A stretch of DNA of 64,000 bases from Oscillospiraceae bacterium (GCA_017458825.1 JAFSZX010000019.1:4352-68351), one strand, 5' to 3'. Shown: positions 48,818-58,879, counted from the first letter of the stretch. Made by a program: numbers and translations. Notes: a model not told the origin generated them from the letters alone.

Positions 48818-50092
48818 TCACGCGTAACACAGCCACACCACCAGCGCGCCGGTGACGGCGGCGATCAGCGTGAAGGGAATACCGATCCGCATGAAATCGC
48901 CGGTGGAGACCGTGTAGCCCTCCTTTTGCAAAATGCCGATGCCGGCGATGTTGGCGGAGGCGCCTACGGGGGTGATGTTGCCGCCCAGCGTGGCGCCGAT
49001 CAGCAAACCGAACTGGAACAGATACGGATCGATCCCCATCCGCTGGGCGATCGACGTGACCACCGGAAGCATGGTGGCGACGTAGGGAATGTTGTCAATA
49101 AACGCGCTCAACGCCACCGAGACGCCGACGATCAGCACGTACAGCGCCAGACGGGAGCCGCCGCCCAGCTTGACGAACAGCTCCGCCACCGCGTCGATCA
49201 CACCGGCGCGGGTGATCCCCTCGATCACGAGAAACAGACCTGACAGCAAAAGAAGCGTTTTATAATCCAGCGCCTTGAGCGCGTCGGCGGCACTGCCTTT
49301 GCGCCGCAGGAGCGATAAAACGCAGCCGATGACCGCCATGGCGCAACAGATGATACCGTTGGTCAGCGCCGGCTTCTCGGGGAACTGGGAGGCAACGATC
49401 AGCCCCAGCACCGTGGCAAGGAGCAATATGCCGGGAACGGGGTCTTCTACCCGCGTGCCGCCGGTGGGCGTGATCTTCTCCCGTTCCCGACGGAAGATCC
49501 ACAGCAGGACCGGCACCGTCATCAACGCGCCGGCTTCCACGGCGAAGAAGATGCCGGGGCGGTTTAAAAACCAGAAAAAGTCGTTGAAGCTCATACCCGC
49601 GTAACTGCCCAGCAGGATAGAGGTGGTGTCGCCTACCAGCGTGGCGGCGCCTTGCAGGTTGCTGGATACGGCGATGGAAATGATCACCGGCACGGGATTG
49701 ATCTTCAGATGTTTGGAGACCGCCAGACCCACCGGCGCCACCATCAGCACCGTGGCCACGTTATCCACAAAGGCGGAGATCAAGCCGGAGAAGAGGCTCA
49801 ATACCACCACCGCCCACTGCACATTCGGCACGATGCGCAATAGCTTTTCCGCCATCAGGATCGGCATTTTGCTCTGGATAAACAGCTCCACCGTGACCAT
49901 GGTGCCGGCAAGCATCATCAGTACGTTCCAGTTGACAGCGCCGGGCGCCGCGGCGAGGGGCAGGATCCCCAGCGCGACAAACAGCGCCGCCGTTACCAGC
50001 GATACGATCCACCGCTGATCCGACAGGATCAGCAGGCAGACATACATGGCGGCAAACAGCACTAACGCCGGAATCATAGACGAGGTCATCAC
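48818..50092 (-). CDS. ArsB/NhaD/SLC13-family ion permease
   Basis: SAFVDNV, GAATLVGD, SAFIDNIP and LGGNITPVGASAN motifs. Confidence 0.88.
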   Translation of the reverse strand: MMTSSMIPALVLFAAMYVCLLILSDQRWIVSLVTAALFVALGILPLAAAPGAVNWNVLMMLAGTMVTVELFIQSKMPILMAEKLLRIVPNVQWAVVVLSLFSGLISAFVDNVATVLMVAPVGLAVSKHLKINPVPVIISIAVSSNLQGAATLVGDTTSILLGSYAGMSFNDFFWFLNRPGIFFAVEAGALMTVPVLLWIFRREREKITPTGGTRVEDPVPGILLLATVLGLIVASQFPEKPALTNGIICCAMAVIGCVLSLLRRKGSAADALKALDYKTLLLLSGLFLVIEGITRAGVIDAVAELFVKLGGGSRLALYVLIVGVSVALSAFIDNIPYVATMLPVVTSIAQRMGIDPYLFQFGLLIGATLGGNITPVGASANIAGIGILQKEGYTVSTGDFMRIGIPFTLIAAVTGALVVWLCYA

Positions 50093-50129
50093 AGTTCCTC
50101 CCGATCAAATGAAGAGTTATTCGCCCTGT

Positions 50130-50810
50130 TCAAAGCGACAGTAAAAAGCGGATCAACGCCTGCGTCTGCTCGCCATGCTCACCGCTGACGCATACGCACA
50201 GGCATAAACGCTCGCCATCCGGCAGGGAAAAACCGTAGCGCGCCGCCACAGGAGAGTCGGTCAGGTCGATCGCCATGGCGTAGGCGCCGCCGCCGTCCTC
50301 CTCCGAGAGCGTACCTATGACGATCCATCCGGCGCGCTCCAGCGCCGCGTAGAGATCGCCGTCCAGCACCTCCTGCAGATTCGCCGTCGCGCCGATCACA
50401 GAGAGGTTCTCCGCCTGCGTACCGCTGCACAAAAACGCGTCTACCGCGCCGGCGCCCACCAGCGTGTAGAGCCGGAGGGAACGCTCATAGTCGGAAATAT
50501 CCAGCGTTACGTCCTGATCCCAGACCACGCTTTGCCGCCGTCCCAGCGCCAGCACCTCGGTCAGATCCTGTCTCAACTGCTCCTGTGCGGTTTCCTCCAG
50601 CGTCACATCCGTAGCCAGAAGATAGAGCATGGGCGTTTTACGGGTGAAGCCGTAATATACCACGGCGGAGATCAGCACGGTCAGCGCCACGCCGACGCCG
50701 ATGATATGCAAAAGATAGTAGTCAAGAATGAACTGGATCTTCCCCTTGCGATCCAGATCGCGGAAGTTGGTGTGGGGGATCCGTTCATATCGGTCAGGTC
50801 GTTTTTCCAT
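50130..50810 (-). CDS. Hypothetical protein with an N-terminal TM anchor and a periplasmic-binding-like extracellular domain
   Basis: KIQFILDYYLLHII plus TM; ATG 50810 after AAGGAG. Confidence 0.65.
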   Translation of the reverse strand: MEKRPDRYERIPHTNFRDLDRKGKIQFILDYYLLHIIGVGVALTVLISAVVYYGFTRKTPMLYLLATDVTLEETAQEQLRQDLTEVLALGRRQSVVWDQDVTLDISDYERSLRLYTLVGAGAVDAFLCSGTQAENLSVIGATANLQEVLDGDLYAALERAGWIVIGTLSEEDGGGAYAMAIDLTDSPVAARYGFSLPDGERLCLCVCVSGEHGEQTQALIRFLLSL

Positions 50811-51020
50811 GGTCGTCTCCTTATCTGCGGGGATAATGGTTCGTAGATACGGTACAGTATGATACAGATTGCCCCGCTTTGCCCCGGACGATCCGCTTTG
50901 CACCGTACGGGGCGGAAGGCGGAGCGCCGCGGGAGCGGCCGGCTATGACTGATTATAGCACATAAGAAGAGGTTATACAAGAAAAGACTGCCGCAGGACC
51001 CGACGGGTCACGGCAGTCTT

Positions 51021-51605
51021 TTATGCTTTCAAGCCCAGCAACTCCTCCGCCACCGCGCGGCGGGTGATACATCGGTCCATCGCCTGCTTTTCGATATACC
51101 GGTGGGCGGAGGGCTCGTCCATGTGCCGGTGTTCAATGAGAAACCATTTGGCACGGTTGACCAGGCGGATCTCCGCCATCTTCTCTTCCAGCGTCAGCGC
51201 CTGGCGGCGCGTTTTCCGCAGGCGCTCTCTGGCGCTTGCCATCCACAAAAGCGCCGTTTCCATCGCCTGATAGGAAAGAGGCTTTGACAGGGTGAACACG
51301 CCGTGCTCGCAGACCGTTTCGGTGACTTGAGGGAACAGCTCCGGACGCAGCAGCAGTAAGACCACGGTCTCACCGGCGGTACACTGGTCGATGGCGAAGC
51401 GGATCCCGGGCTCATCCGGCAACGGCGCGTTGACGATCACGAAGTCGAACGTCTGGGACGCGACGGCGCGCTTGGCGGCGCCTGCGTCCGGCGCTACCAC
51501 CAGCCGGTCCCGTATGGAACCGGGCAGTAGACCCCGCAGACTCTGATTCAGCTTTTGTCCGGCGGAAACCAGCAGAAGGCTGTAAGAACGCTCTTCAAGC
51601 GCCAT
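51021..51605 (-). CDS. ANTAR antiterminator with a pseudo-receiver domain (AmiR/NasT/NitR-like)
   Basis: VNRAKWFLI...DEPSAHRYIEKQAMD ANTAR motif; the receiver has VIVNAP (Asn for the phospho-Asp) and lacks the acidic pair. Confidence 0.92.
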   Translation of the reverse strand: MALEERSYSLLLVSAGQKLNQSLRGLLPGSIRDRLVVAPDAGAAKRAVASQTFDFVIVNAPLPDEPGIRFAIDQCTAGETVVLLLLRPELFPQVTETVCEHGVFTLSKPLSYQAMETALLWMASARERLRKTRRQALTLEEKMAEIRLVNRAKWFLIEHRHMDEPSAHRYIEKQAMDRCITRRAVAEELLGLKA

Positions 51606-51644
51606 CCGTGCTCCTCCTTTCTCTCCCAGATACGGTCCGTGCCG

Positions 51645-52859
51645 TTACCTGCCGCAGTATGCCTCCACCACCGCCGACGGCAGATGCCGGCGGATAAAGG
51701 CGCTGTTTCGGGCGGCAAGCCGCGCCGCGGCAAGGGAGTCGGGCAGCTTTTTAAAGCGCGCCAGCGTGTCCGCATCCGCTGTGAACAGGTTCACGTCCGC
51801 CGCCGGCGGAAGAGTTATGCCCTGTTCGATACCTGACAGCGCCGCGTAGATCATCAGTGCAAACGCCAGATACGGATTGGCGGTGGGGTCGGGGGAGCGA
51901 AGCTCCATGCGACGGTATTCGCCAAATGCGGCGGGGATGCGCACCAGCTGGGAGCGGTTCTCTCTGGACCAGGAAACGTAGCGCGGCGCTTTGTTCTTGC
52001 CAAGACGGAGATAGGAGTTTTCCGCAGGATTCAAAAAAACAGTCATATCCGGCGCCTTATCCAGCACGCCGGCGATGATGGCGTCAAACACGCCGTCACC
52101 GCACGGCTTGGCGGACAGGTTGATATGAAATCCGTTGCCGGCGGCGTTTTCCAGCGGTTTTGCCGAAAAGTCCGCGTGGTAGCCGTTGCGGTGCGCCACC
52201 GTTTTGACCACCGTTTGGAAAATGACCGCCTGATCGGCGGCGGTCAGCGCGTCGGCATAGCGGAAGTCGATCTCGTTCTGCCCGGGACCCTCCTCGTGGT
52301 GGGAGCTTTCCGGCCGGATACCCATCTGCTCCAGCGTCAGGCACACCTCGCGCCGCACGTTTTCACCCCGATCCTCCGGCGCGATGTCCATATAGCCCGC
52401 CTCATCGCAGGGCGTCAAGGTGGGTTTGCCGTCGTCACCGGTCTGGAACAGGTAGAATTCCTGCTCCGCGCCGAAGTAGAAAGAGTATCCCTTTGCCTTT
52501 GCCTGTGCCATCGCCGCTTTCAACACGGCGCGGGAATCGCTCTCAAACGGCGTGCCGTCGGGATAGGCGATAGACGCCATCATCTGCACCACGCGCCCGT
52601 GCTCGGGACGCCAGGGGAGAAGCGTCAGCGTTTCCGCCTCCGGATGTAAAAAGAGGTCGCTCCGCGTTTCCCTGCCGAAGCCTGCCACGGCGGAAGCGTC
52701 AAAGGCGATCCCGTGTTCAAAGGCGCGGGGGAGCTCGTGGGGCATGACGGAAATGTTCTTCCGCCTGCCGAACACGTCGCAAAACGCCAGACGGATAAAC
52801 TTAACGTCCTCCTCCTGCATATATTGCAAGACCTCATCTTTTGAATACGTCATGGACAA
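51645..52859 (-). CDS. Glutamine synthetase type I-like protein (short, atypical)
   Basis: EQEFYLF, HHEEGPGQNEI, GNGFH, NRSQLVRIP and ELRSPDPTANPYL motifs; KNKAP replaces GYEAP. Confidence 0.9.
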   Translation of the reverse strand: MSMTYSKDEVLQYMQEEDVKFIRLAFCDVFGRRKNISVMPHELPRAFEHGIAFDASAVAGFGRETRSDLFLHPEAETLTLLPWRPEHGRVVQMMASIAYPDGTPFESDSRAVLKAAMAQAKAKGYSFYFGAEQEFYLFQTGDDGKPTLTPCDEAGYMDIAPEDRGENVRREVCLTLEQMGIRPESSHHEEGPGQNEIDFRYADALTAADQAVIFQTVVKTVAHRNGYHADFSAKPLENAAGNGFHINLSAKPCGDGVFDAIIAGVLDKAPDMTVFLNPAENSYLRLGKNKAPRYVSWSRENRSQLVRIPAAFGEYRRMELRSPDPTANPYLAFALMIYAALSGIEQGITLPPAADVNLFTADADTLARFKKLPDSLAAARLAARNSAFIRRHLPSAVVEAYCGR

Positions 52860-52870
52860 CCACTCCTCGT

Positions 52871-53590
52871 TCAGTTTGCCACGTACATCTGCCGGTAGGG
52901 ATTGGCGGTATCCGGCGTGACCACCGTAAACGGCGAACGCATGATCCTATCCATACCATAGCCGAATGCGGCGCAATAATCAAGTAAAATCTTTTCGATC
53001 TCCGCCATTTCTCCGCCGTCGGCGCGGTGGGCGGTCACCTGAGGCGGAAAACGCACGCCCGCGCAGTCCGAGCGCAGATAGAGCTTGCCGCCGTGCATAC
53101 CGGTACAGGGGAAGTTGCCCACGATCCGCTTTTCACCGATGTCAAGACCCAGCACAACGATCACGCCGCCTGATTGATATTCTCCCAGGAAACTGCCGGC
53201 GGCACCGCCGATAACCAGAAGCGGCGCCTTGTCCCGATAGGCTTTCATGTGGATACCCGCCCGATAGCCTGCGTTGCCCCGAACCAGGATCTCACCGCCG
53301 CGCATGGCGTACCCCGCGGCGTCACCGATGTTGCCGTGGACGACGATCCGTCCGGCGTTCATGGTGTCGCCCACCGCGTCCTGGGCGTTGCCCAGCACCG
53401 TCAGGCACGCGCCGTTGAGATACGCGCCCAGCGCGTTGCCGGGCGTGCCGCGCAGAACGATGTCCCGATCCGCCATACCGGCGGCAATAAAACGCTGTCC
53501 GCAACAGCCGGTCAGTTCACACGCGCCGCTTGCGGCGCGGATCGCGTCGTTGACGGCGCGAAAATCCATGCCGCTTACGTCTTTCACCAT
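52871..53590 (-). CDS. Glutamate synthase GXGXG (C-terminal) domain as a separate subunit
   Basis: GQRFIAAG, GNAQDAVGDTMNAG and GYAMRGG beta-helix repeats. Confidence 0.88.
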   Translation of the reverse strand: MVKDVSGMDFRAVNDAIRAASGACELTGCCGQRFIAAGMADRDIVLRGTPGNALGAYLNGACLTVLGNAQDAVGDTMNAGRIVVHGNIGDAAGYAMRGGEILVRGNAGYRAGIHMKAYRDKAPLLVIGGAAGSFLGEYQSGGVIVVLGLDIGEKRIVGNFPCTGMHGGKLYLRSDCAGVRFPPQVTAHRADGGEMAEIEKILLDYCAAFGYGMDRIMRSPFTVVTPDTANPYRQMYVAN

Positions 53591-53611
53591 GATTCATACA
53601 CCACCTTTACG

Positions 53612-55117
53612 CTATTCGCCCGCGTGGGCGATCCCCAGAAGGGAGAGCTCCTTCTCCGTCAGACCGATGCCCCGAAGCATCAGCCGGTTGCCGCGCAGAG
53701 CCTCGATGGAGTTGATGCCCATGCCGCCCATCATCTCCTTGATCTCGTGCCGCCAGGCGTTCATCAGGTTGATGAGACGACGGCTCCCCTCCTCCGGATC
53801 CAGCCGCGCCACCAGTTCCGGCTGTTGGGTGGCGATGCCCCAGTTGCATATACCGCTTTGGCACGAACGGCACAGATGGCAACCCAGCGCCAGCAGCGCC
53901 GCCGTGGCGATATAGCAGGCGTCCGCGCCCAGCGCGATCGCCTTGACCACGTCGGCGGCACTGCGAATGGAGCCGCCGGCGATCAGCGATACGCTGTTGC
54001 GGATCCCCTCGTCCCGAAGCCGCTGATCCACCGCCGCCAGCGCCAGTTCCACAGGGATCCCCACGTTGTCACGGATCCGCGTCGGCGCCGCGCCGGTCCC
54101 GCCGCGAAAGCCGTCAATGGCGATCACGTCGGCGCCGCTTCGGGCGATACCGCTGGCGATCGCCGCGATGTTATGCACCGCCGCCACCTTCACGATCACC
54201 GGCTTTTGATATTGGGTCGCCTCCTTGAGAGAGTACACCAACTGCCGCAGATCCTCAATGGAATAGATGTCGTGGTGGGGCGCGGGGGAAATCGCGTCGG
54301 AGCCCTCCGGAATCATACGGGTACGGGACACGTCGCCCACGATCTTGGCGCCGGGCAGATGGCCGCCGATGCCGGGCTTTGCGCCCTGCCCCATCTTGAT
54401 TTCAATGGCGGCGCCGGTTTCCAGATACTTTTCATGTACGCCGAAGCGCCCGCTGGCGACCTGTACCACGGTATGGGCGCCGTACGGATAGAAGTCCTCG
54501 TGCAGTCCGCCCTCGCCGGTGTTGTAGAGCGTACCCAGCGCCGACGCCGCCTTTGCCAGTGCCGCGTGGGCGTTATAACTGATGGAGCCGTAGCTCATGG
54601 CGGAAAACAGCACCGGCATTTCAAGCTCTAACTGGGGCGGCAGATCGCACAGCATGGTTCCGTCCGCGCCGCGGCGGATCTTATCGGGCTTTTTGCCCAG
54701 AAACACCCTGGTTTCCATCGGCTCGCGGAGTGGGTCGATGGGGGGATTGGTCACCTGTGAGGCGTTGAGCAGGATCCTGTCCCAGTAGACCGGTAACGGC
54801 TTGGGGTTGCCCATGGAGCTGAGCAGTACGCCGCCGGAATTCGCCTGCTTGTAGATCTCCGTGACGGTGTCGTCGTCCCAGTTGGCGTTTTCCCGCAGCC
54901 GGCAATCGCTTTTGACGATCTTCAGCGCGCGGGTGGGACACATCGCCACGCACCGCTGACAGTTGACGCACTTGGTCTCATCGCAGAGCATCACGCCCTT
55001 TTCGGAGGAAAAAGCGTGTACGCCGTTGGCGCACTGGCGCTCACAGATCCGGCAGGAGATACAGCGGTCCTTACTGCGGATCACCTCATACGGCGGATGG
55101 ATATATAGCCCGTTCAC
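53612..55117 (-). CDS. Glutamate synthase FMN-binding subunit with N-terminal 2x[4Fe-4S] domain
   Basis: CxxCxxCxxxC x2, MSYGS, EIKMGQGAKPGIGGHLPG, SPAPHHDIYSIEDL and CHLCRSCQSGIC motifs. Confidence 0.92.
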   Translation of the reverse strand: MNGLYIHPPYEVIRSKDRCISCRICERQCANGVHAFSSEKGVMLCDETKCVNCQRCVAMCPTRALKIVKSDCRLRENANWDDDTVTEIYKQANSGGVLLSSMGNPKPLPVYWDRILLNASQVTNPPIDPLREPMETRVFLGKKPDKIRRGADGTMLCDLPPQLELEMPVLFSAMSYGSISYNAHAALAKAASALGTLYNTGEGGLHEDFYPYGAHTVVQVASGRFGVHEKYLETGAAIEIKMGQGAKPGIGGHLPGAKIVGDVSRTRMIPEGSDAISPAPHHDIYSIEDLRQLVYSLKEATQYQKPVIVKVAAVHNIAAIASGIARSGADVIAIDGFRGGTGAAPTRIRDNVGIPVELALAAVDQRLRDEGIRNSVSLIAGGSIRSAADVVKAIALGADACYIATAALLALGCHLCRSCQSGICNWGIATQQPELVARLDPEEGSRRLINLMNAWRHEIKEMMGGMGINSIEALRGNRLMLRGIGLTEKELSLLGIAHAGE

Positions 55118-56214
55118 AGTTCGACACCCTCCTTTACACGGATGATGACCGGCTCGCCGCCCATAGGCGACCAGATATGTTCCGCTTCCGGCTCCATGGC
55201 GCGGATGGCGGCTTCCTCACTGGCGATGAATACGCGCTCGCCCTTTTCACCCACCACCATGGAGCGCAGTTTCAGCCGGTCGTTCAGCGCCATCAGTCCG
55301 CCGGTGAAACCCAGCACGATGGAGAAAGGCCCTGTGACCAGCAGGCTGGAGAATACAGTACGCAGATAAGTATATACGGCGCGTTCCGCCGGATCGGTTT
55401 TTTGCCCGATGGTACTCCAGAACGGCGCCGCCACCACGCCCGCCGCCTCGGTGAGCGTCAGCCCCTGCCGCCGCAGGAGATAATCCATGGCGTAGGTGAT
55501 CACCTCGGTATCGGTTTGCAGATGGCACCGGTAGCCGAACATCTCCAGATAGCGCCGGTTGGCGTCGTAGGAGGAGATCTCTCCGTTATGGACCACGCTC
55601 CAGTCCAACAGGGCGAACGGGTGGGCGCCGCCCCACCAGCCGGGCGTATTGGTGGGGTACCGCCCGTGGGCCGTCCAGGAATAGCCGGCGTATTCCTCCA
55701 GCCGGTAATAGGCGCCCACGTCCTCCGGAAACCCGACGGCTTTGAACGCGCCCATGTTCTTTCCGGAGGAGAACACGTAGGCGCCCTTGAGACCGGTATT
55801 GATCTTCATCACCGTCCGCACCACGTATTCCGCCTCGTCCAGCTGCAGGTCGGACAGCACCGACGGCATGGGTGAGACGAAATAGCGCCAGATGATGGGC
55901 TCATCCGTAATGGCGGGGAGCTTACGGGTGGGGATCCGTTCGGCGTGCCAGATCTCGAAGCCCTCCTTCAAAAGCGCCTCGCACGCCTTGCGTGTGTCGC
56001 GGCAGTCAAAAAAGAGGTGCAAGGCGTAAAAGTCCTTATACGCCGGATAGATGCCATAGCCGGCAAAGCCGCCGCCCAGACCGTTGGAACGGTCGTGCAT
56101 GGGACCCATGGCGCGCACGATCTGTTCGCCGCTGATCCGCGCGCCGTCCCGCGAGAGTACCGCGGCGATGGCGCAACCGGAGGGAATGCGCACCTGCCCT
56201 TCCTTTACGTTCAT
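55114..56214 (-). CDS. Glutamate synthase glutamine amidotransferase (Ntn) subunit
   Basis: SGCAIA, HGRYPTNT...AHPF, HNGEI, TDTE and DRLKLR motifs. Confidence 0.9.
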   Translation of the reverse strand: MNVKEGQVRIPSGCAIAAVLSRDGARISGEQIVRAMGPMHDRSNGLGGGFAGYGIYPAYKDFYALHLFFDCRDTRKACEALLKEGFEIWHAERIPTRKLPAITDEPIIWRYFVSPMPSVLSDLQLDEAEYVVRTVMKINTGLKGAYVFSSGKNMGAFKAVGFPEDVGAYYRLEEYAGYSWTAHGRYPTNTPGWWGGAHPFALLDWSVVHNGEISSYDANRRYLEMFGYRCHLQTDTEVITYAMDYLLRRQGLTLTEAAGVVAAPFWSTIGQKTDPAERAVYTYLRTVFSSLLVTGPFSIVLGFTGGLMALNDRLKLRSMVVGEKGERVFIASEEAAIRAMEPEAEHIWSPMGGEPVIIRVKEGVEL

Positions 56215-56233
56215 CCAAATCCCTTCTTTCCGC

Positions 56234-56329
56234 AAAACAAAAAAGACATCCGTTTACGCGCGAAAACGCGTAAATGAACGCCTTTGCTCATTTAAGTACA
56301 GTATACGCCGAGTGTTCGCGCGCCGTCAA
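56234..56329 (-). promoter_or_regulatory. Promoter, ANTAR-type hexaloop hairpin and overlapping terminator (glt operon leader)
   Basis: TTGACG-N18-TATACT; AAATGAGC-AAAGGC-GTTCATTT (56293-56272); terminator ending GTCTTTTTTGTTTT. Confidence 0.75.
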
Positions 56330-56424
56330 GGGTGGAGCCGGCGGGGCACGCTCCAAAAAAACGGTGGAGCGCACAACCGTTTTTGTTGAAATTGCAAAAA
56401 AATTGCGGAATTGTAAAAAAGCGG

Positions 56425-56528
56425 TTGACATTTCATTCCGCAAGCGTATAATGCCCCCATAAGGCAATGACGTCTTTTTTACAGCAGCCTGGCGGCTGGT
56501 GTGGAAAAGACGCCTTTTTTTGTTTTTT
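56425..56528 (+). promoter_or_regulatory. Promoter, ANTAR-type hexaloop hairpin and overlapping terminator (GSIII leader)
   Basis: TTGACA-N16-TATAAT; AAGGC-AATGAC-GTCTT (56461-56476); CGTCTTTT...AAAAGACG-CC-T tract. Confidence 0.75.
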
Positions 56529-56549
56529 CAGCAAAAAAGGAGGCGCAAA

Positions 56550-58637
56550 ATGATGGAAACGGTAAAGGACTATTTCGGCGCGGCGGTGTTTGACGACAGA
56601 GTCATGAAGGCGACGCTTCCGGCAAAGGTGTACGATTCCCTCAAAAAGACCATCGACGAGGGGAAGGAGCTGGATCTGAGCGTTGCCAACGCGGTGGCCG
56701 CCGCGATGCGGGACTGGGCGGTGGCAAAGGGCGCTACCCACTTTACCCACTGGTTCCAACCGCTGACAGGGATCACGGCGGAGAAGCACGACAGCTTCAT
56801 TACGCCTGCGCCGGACGGCGGCGTCATTATGGAGTTTTCCGGCAAGGAGCTGATCCGCGGCGAGCCGGACGCGTCCTCTTTTCCCTCGGGCGGATTGCGC
56901 GCCACTTTTGAGGCCCGCGGCTATACGGCGTGGGACCCCACCAGCTACGCCTTTATCAAAGGGAAAACGCTGTGCATTCCCACCGCGTTTTGTGCCTACG
57001 GCGGCGAGGCGCTGGATCAGAAGACACCGCTGCTGCGCTCCATGGAGGCGCTGAACGTGCAGGCAAAGCGGGTACTGCGTCTGTTCGGCAAGACCGACGT
57101 AAAGCGGGTGGTGACCAACGTGGGGCCGGAGCAGGAGTATTTTCTGGTGGATAAGAAGCTCTACGATCAGCGGCTGGATCTGCGCCTGACGGGGCGGACG
57201 CTGTTCGGCGCCCTGTCCCCCAAGGGGCAGGAGATGGACGACCATTATTTCGGCGTGATCCGTCCCCGCGTGGCGGCGTTTATGGAGGAGCTGAACGAGG
57301 AGCTGTGGAAGCTGGGGATCCTGGCAAAGACCGAGCATAACGAGGTGGCGCCCGCCCAGCACGAGCTGGCGCCCATCTACACCACCGCCAACCTCGCCAC
57401 CGATCAGAACCAGCTGACCATGGAGATCATGCAGAAGGTGGCGGCAAAACACGGTCTGGTGTGCCTTCTGCAGGAGAAGCCCTTTGCCGGCGTGAACGGT
57501 TCCGGCAAGCACAACAACTGGTCTATCGCCACCGACGCCGGGCAGAACCTGCTCTCACCCGGTGAGACACCCTATGAGAACGCCCAGTTCCTGCTGTTCT
57601 TGTGCGCGGTGATCCGGGCGGTGGACGAGTATCAGGATCTTCTGCGGATCTCGGTGGCGACGGCGGGCAACGATCACCGGCTGGGCGCCAACGAGGCGCC
57701 GCCGGCGGTAGTGTCCATCTTCCTGGGCGACGAGCTCAACGGGGTGCTGGAGGCGATCGAAAACGACGCGCCGTACCACGGAGCGGCGCATACGAAGATG
57801 AAGCTGGGTGTGGACATACTGCCCAAGTTCAATCGGGATACCACCGACCGCAACCGCACCTCACCCTTTGCCTTCACCGGCAACAAGTTTGAGTTCCGCA
57901 TGCTGGGCTCCGCCAACAGCATTGCCTGCGCCAATGTGATGCTCAATACCGCTGTGGCGGAATCGCTCCGGCAGTTTGCCGATGAGCTGGAGAGCGCCGC
58001 GGATTTTGAAACCGCGCTCCACGCCCTGATCCGCAGGACCGTCCGCGAGCATAAGCGGATCATCTTCAACGGCAACGGCTACGACGAGGCGTGGATCGCC
58101 GAGGCGGAGGCGCGGGGGCTTTTGAACTACCGCACCACGGCGGACTGTATGCCTCATCTGCTGGATCGGAAGAATCGGGAGCTGTTGACCTCCCACGGCG
58201 TATTCAGCGAGGCGGAGCTCGCCTCCCGATGCGAGATCATGCTGGAGAATTACTGCAAGACCATCTGCATTGAAGCGCGGACCATGGTCACCATGGCGCG
58301 GACACAGATCGCGCCGGCGGTAGGGAGCTTTGCCGCCGCCACGGCGGCGAACGCGGCGTGCAAAAAGACACTTTGCGGTGCGCTGGCGTGCCGCTATGAA
58401 ACGGAGCTGGTGGAAACCCTTTCCGCCCTGACCGACGAGATCGCGGCGCGCACGGCGGCGCTGGAGACGGAGATCTCCGCGCTGTCCGGCGGCGTGGCGG
58501 AGGAAGCCGCCCGGATCCGCGACGCGGTGCTGCCCGCCATGGAGGCGCTTCGCGGCGTATGTGACGAGGCGGAACGGAAAACCGCCAAAACAAGCTGGCC
58601 ATTCCCCACTTACGCCGAGTTGCTGTTCGGCGTGTGA
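56550..58637 (+). CDS. glnA: Glutamine synthetase type III
   Basis: [35 protein letters not shown] and [18 protein letters not shown] motifs. Confidence 0.96.
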   Translation: MMETVKDYFGAAVFDDRVMKATLPAKVYDSLKKTIDEGKELDLSVANAVAAAMRDWAVAKGATHFTHWFQPLTGITAEKHDSFITPAPDGGVIMEFSGKELIRGEPDASSFPSGGLRATFEARGYTAWDPTSYAFIKGKTLCIPTAFCAYGGEALDQKTPLLRSMEALNVQAKRVLRLFGKTDVKRVVTNVGPEQEYFLVDKKLYDQRLDLRLTGRTLFGALSPKGQEMDDHYFGVIRPRVAAFMEELNEELWKLGILAKTEHNEVAPAQHELAPIYTTANLATDQNQLTMEIMQKVAAKHGLVCLLQEKPFAGVNGSGKHNNWSIATDAGQNLLSPGETPYENAQFLLFLCAVIRAVDEYQDLLRISVATAGNDHRLGANEAPPAVVSIFLGDELNGVLEAIENDAPYHGAAHTKMKLGVDILPKFNRDTTDRNRTSPFAFTGNKFEFRMLGSANSIACANVMLNTAVAESLRQFADELESAADFETALHALIRRTVREHKRIIFNGNGYDEAWIAEAEARGLLNYRTTADCMPHLLDRKNRELLTSHGVFSEAELASRCEIMLENYCKTICIEARTMVTMARTQIAPAVGSFAAATAANAACKKTLCGALACRYETELVETLSALTDEIAARTAALETEISALSGGVAEEAARIRDAVLPAMEALRGVCDEAERKTAKTSWPFPTYAELLFGV

Positions 58638-58670
58638 GCGGTTGGAGCAAAACGACCGGGAGGGATACCT

Positions 58671-58853
58671 ATGTGTAACAGCCCGTCTGATGACGATTAC
58701 AGGAATAGACAAAAACAGACCTTTTTCATTGATCCGGGACGCGACATCGAGCTGGAAGCGGAATGCGAGCTCCCGCCGGATGAAACGGCGCTCTATACCG
58801 AGCCTGCCGACGCCGATTGCGGCGGCGCGCGCAACACCACCGCGTGGGATTGA
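58671..58853 (+). CDS. Putative 60-aa acidic small protein
   Basis: GGGAGG RBS upstream of ATG; fills the glnA-asnB gap on the operon strand. Confidence 0.55.
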   Translation: MCNSPSDDDYRNRQKQTFFIDPGRDIELEAECELPPDETALYTEPADADCGGARNTTAWD

Positions 58854-58879
58854 GTACAAGAGACGGGAGGAGAAGGACC

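Noticed and set aside
47382-48836. Full-length antisense ORF to gdhA
   Set aside because: Explained by the codon bias of a highly expressed GC-rich gene; no independent evidence of expression.
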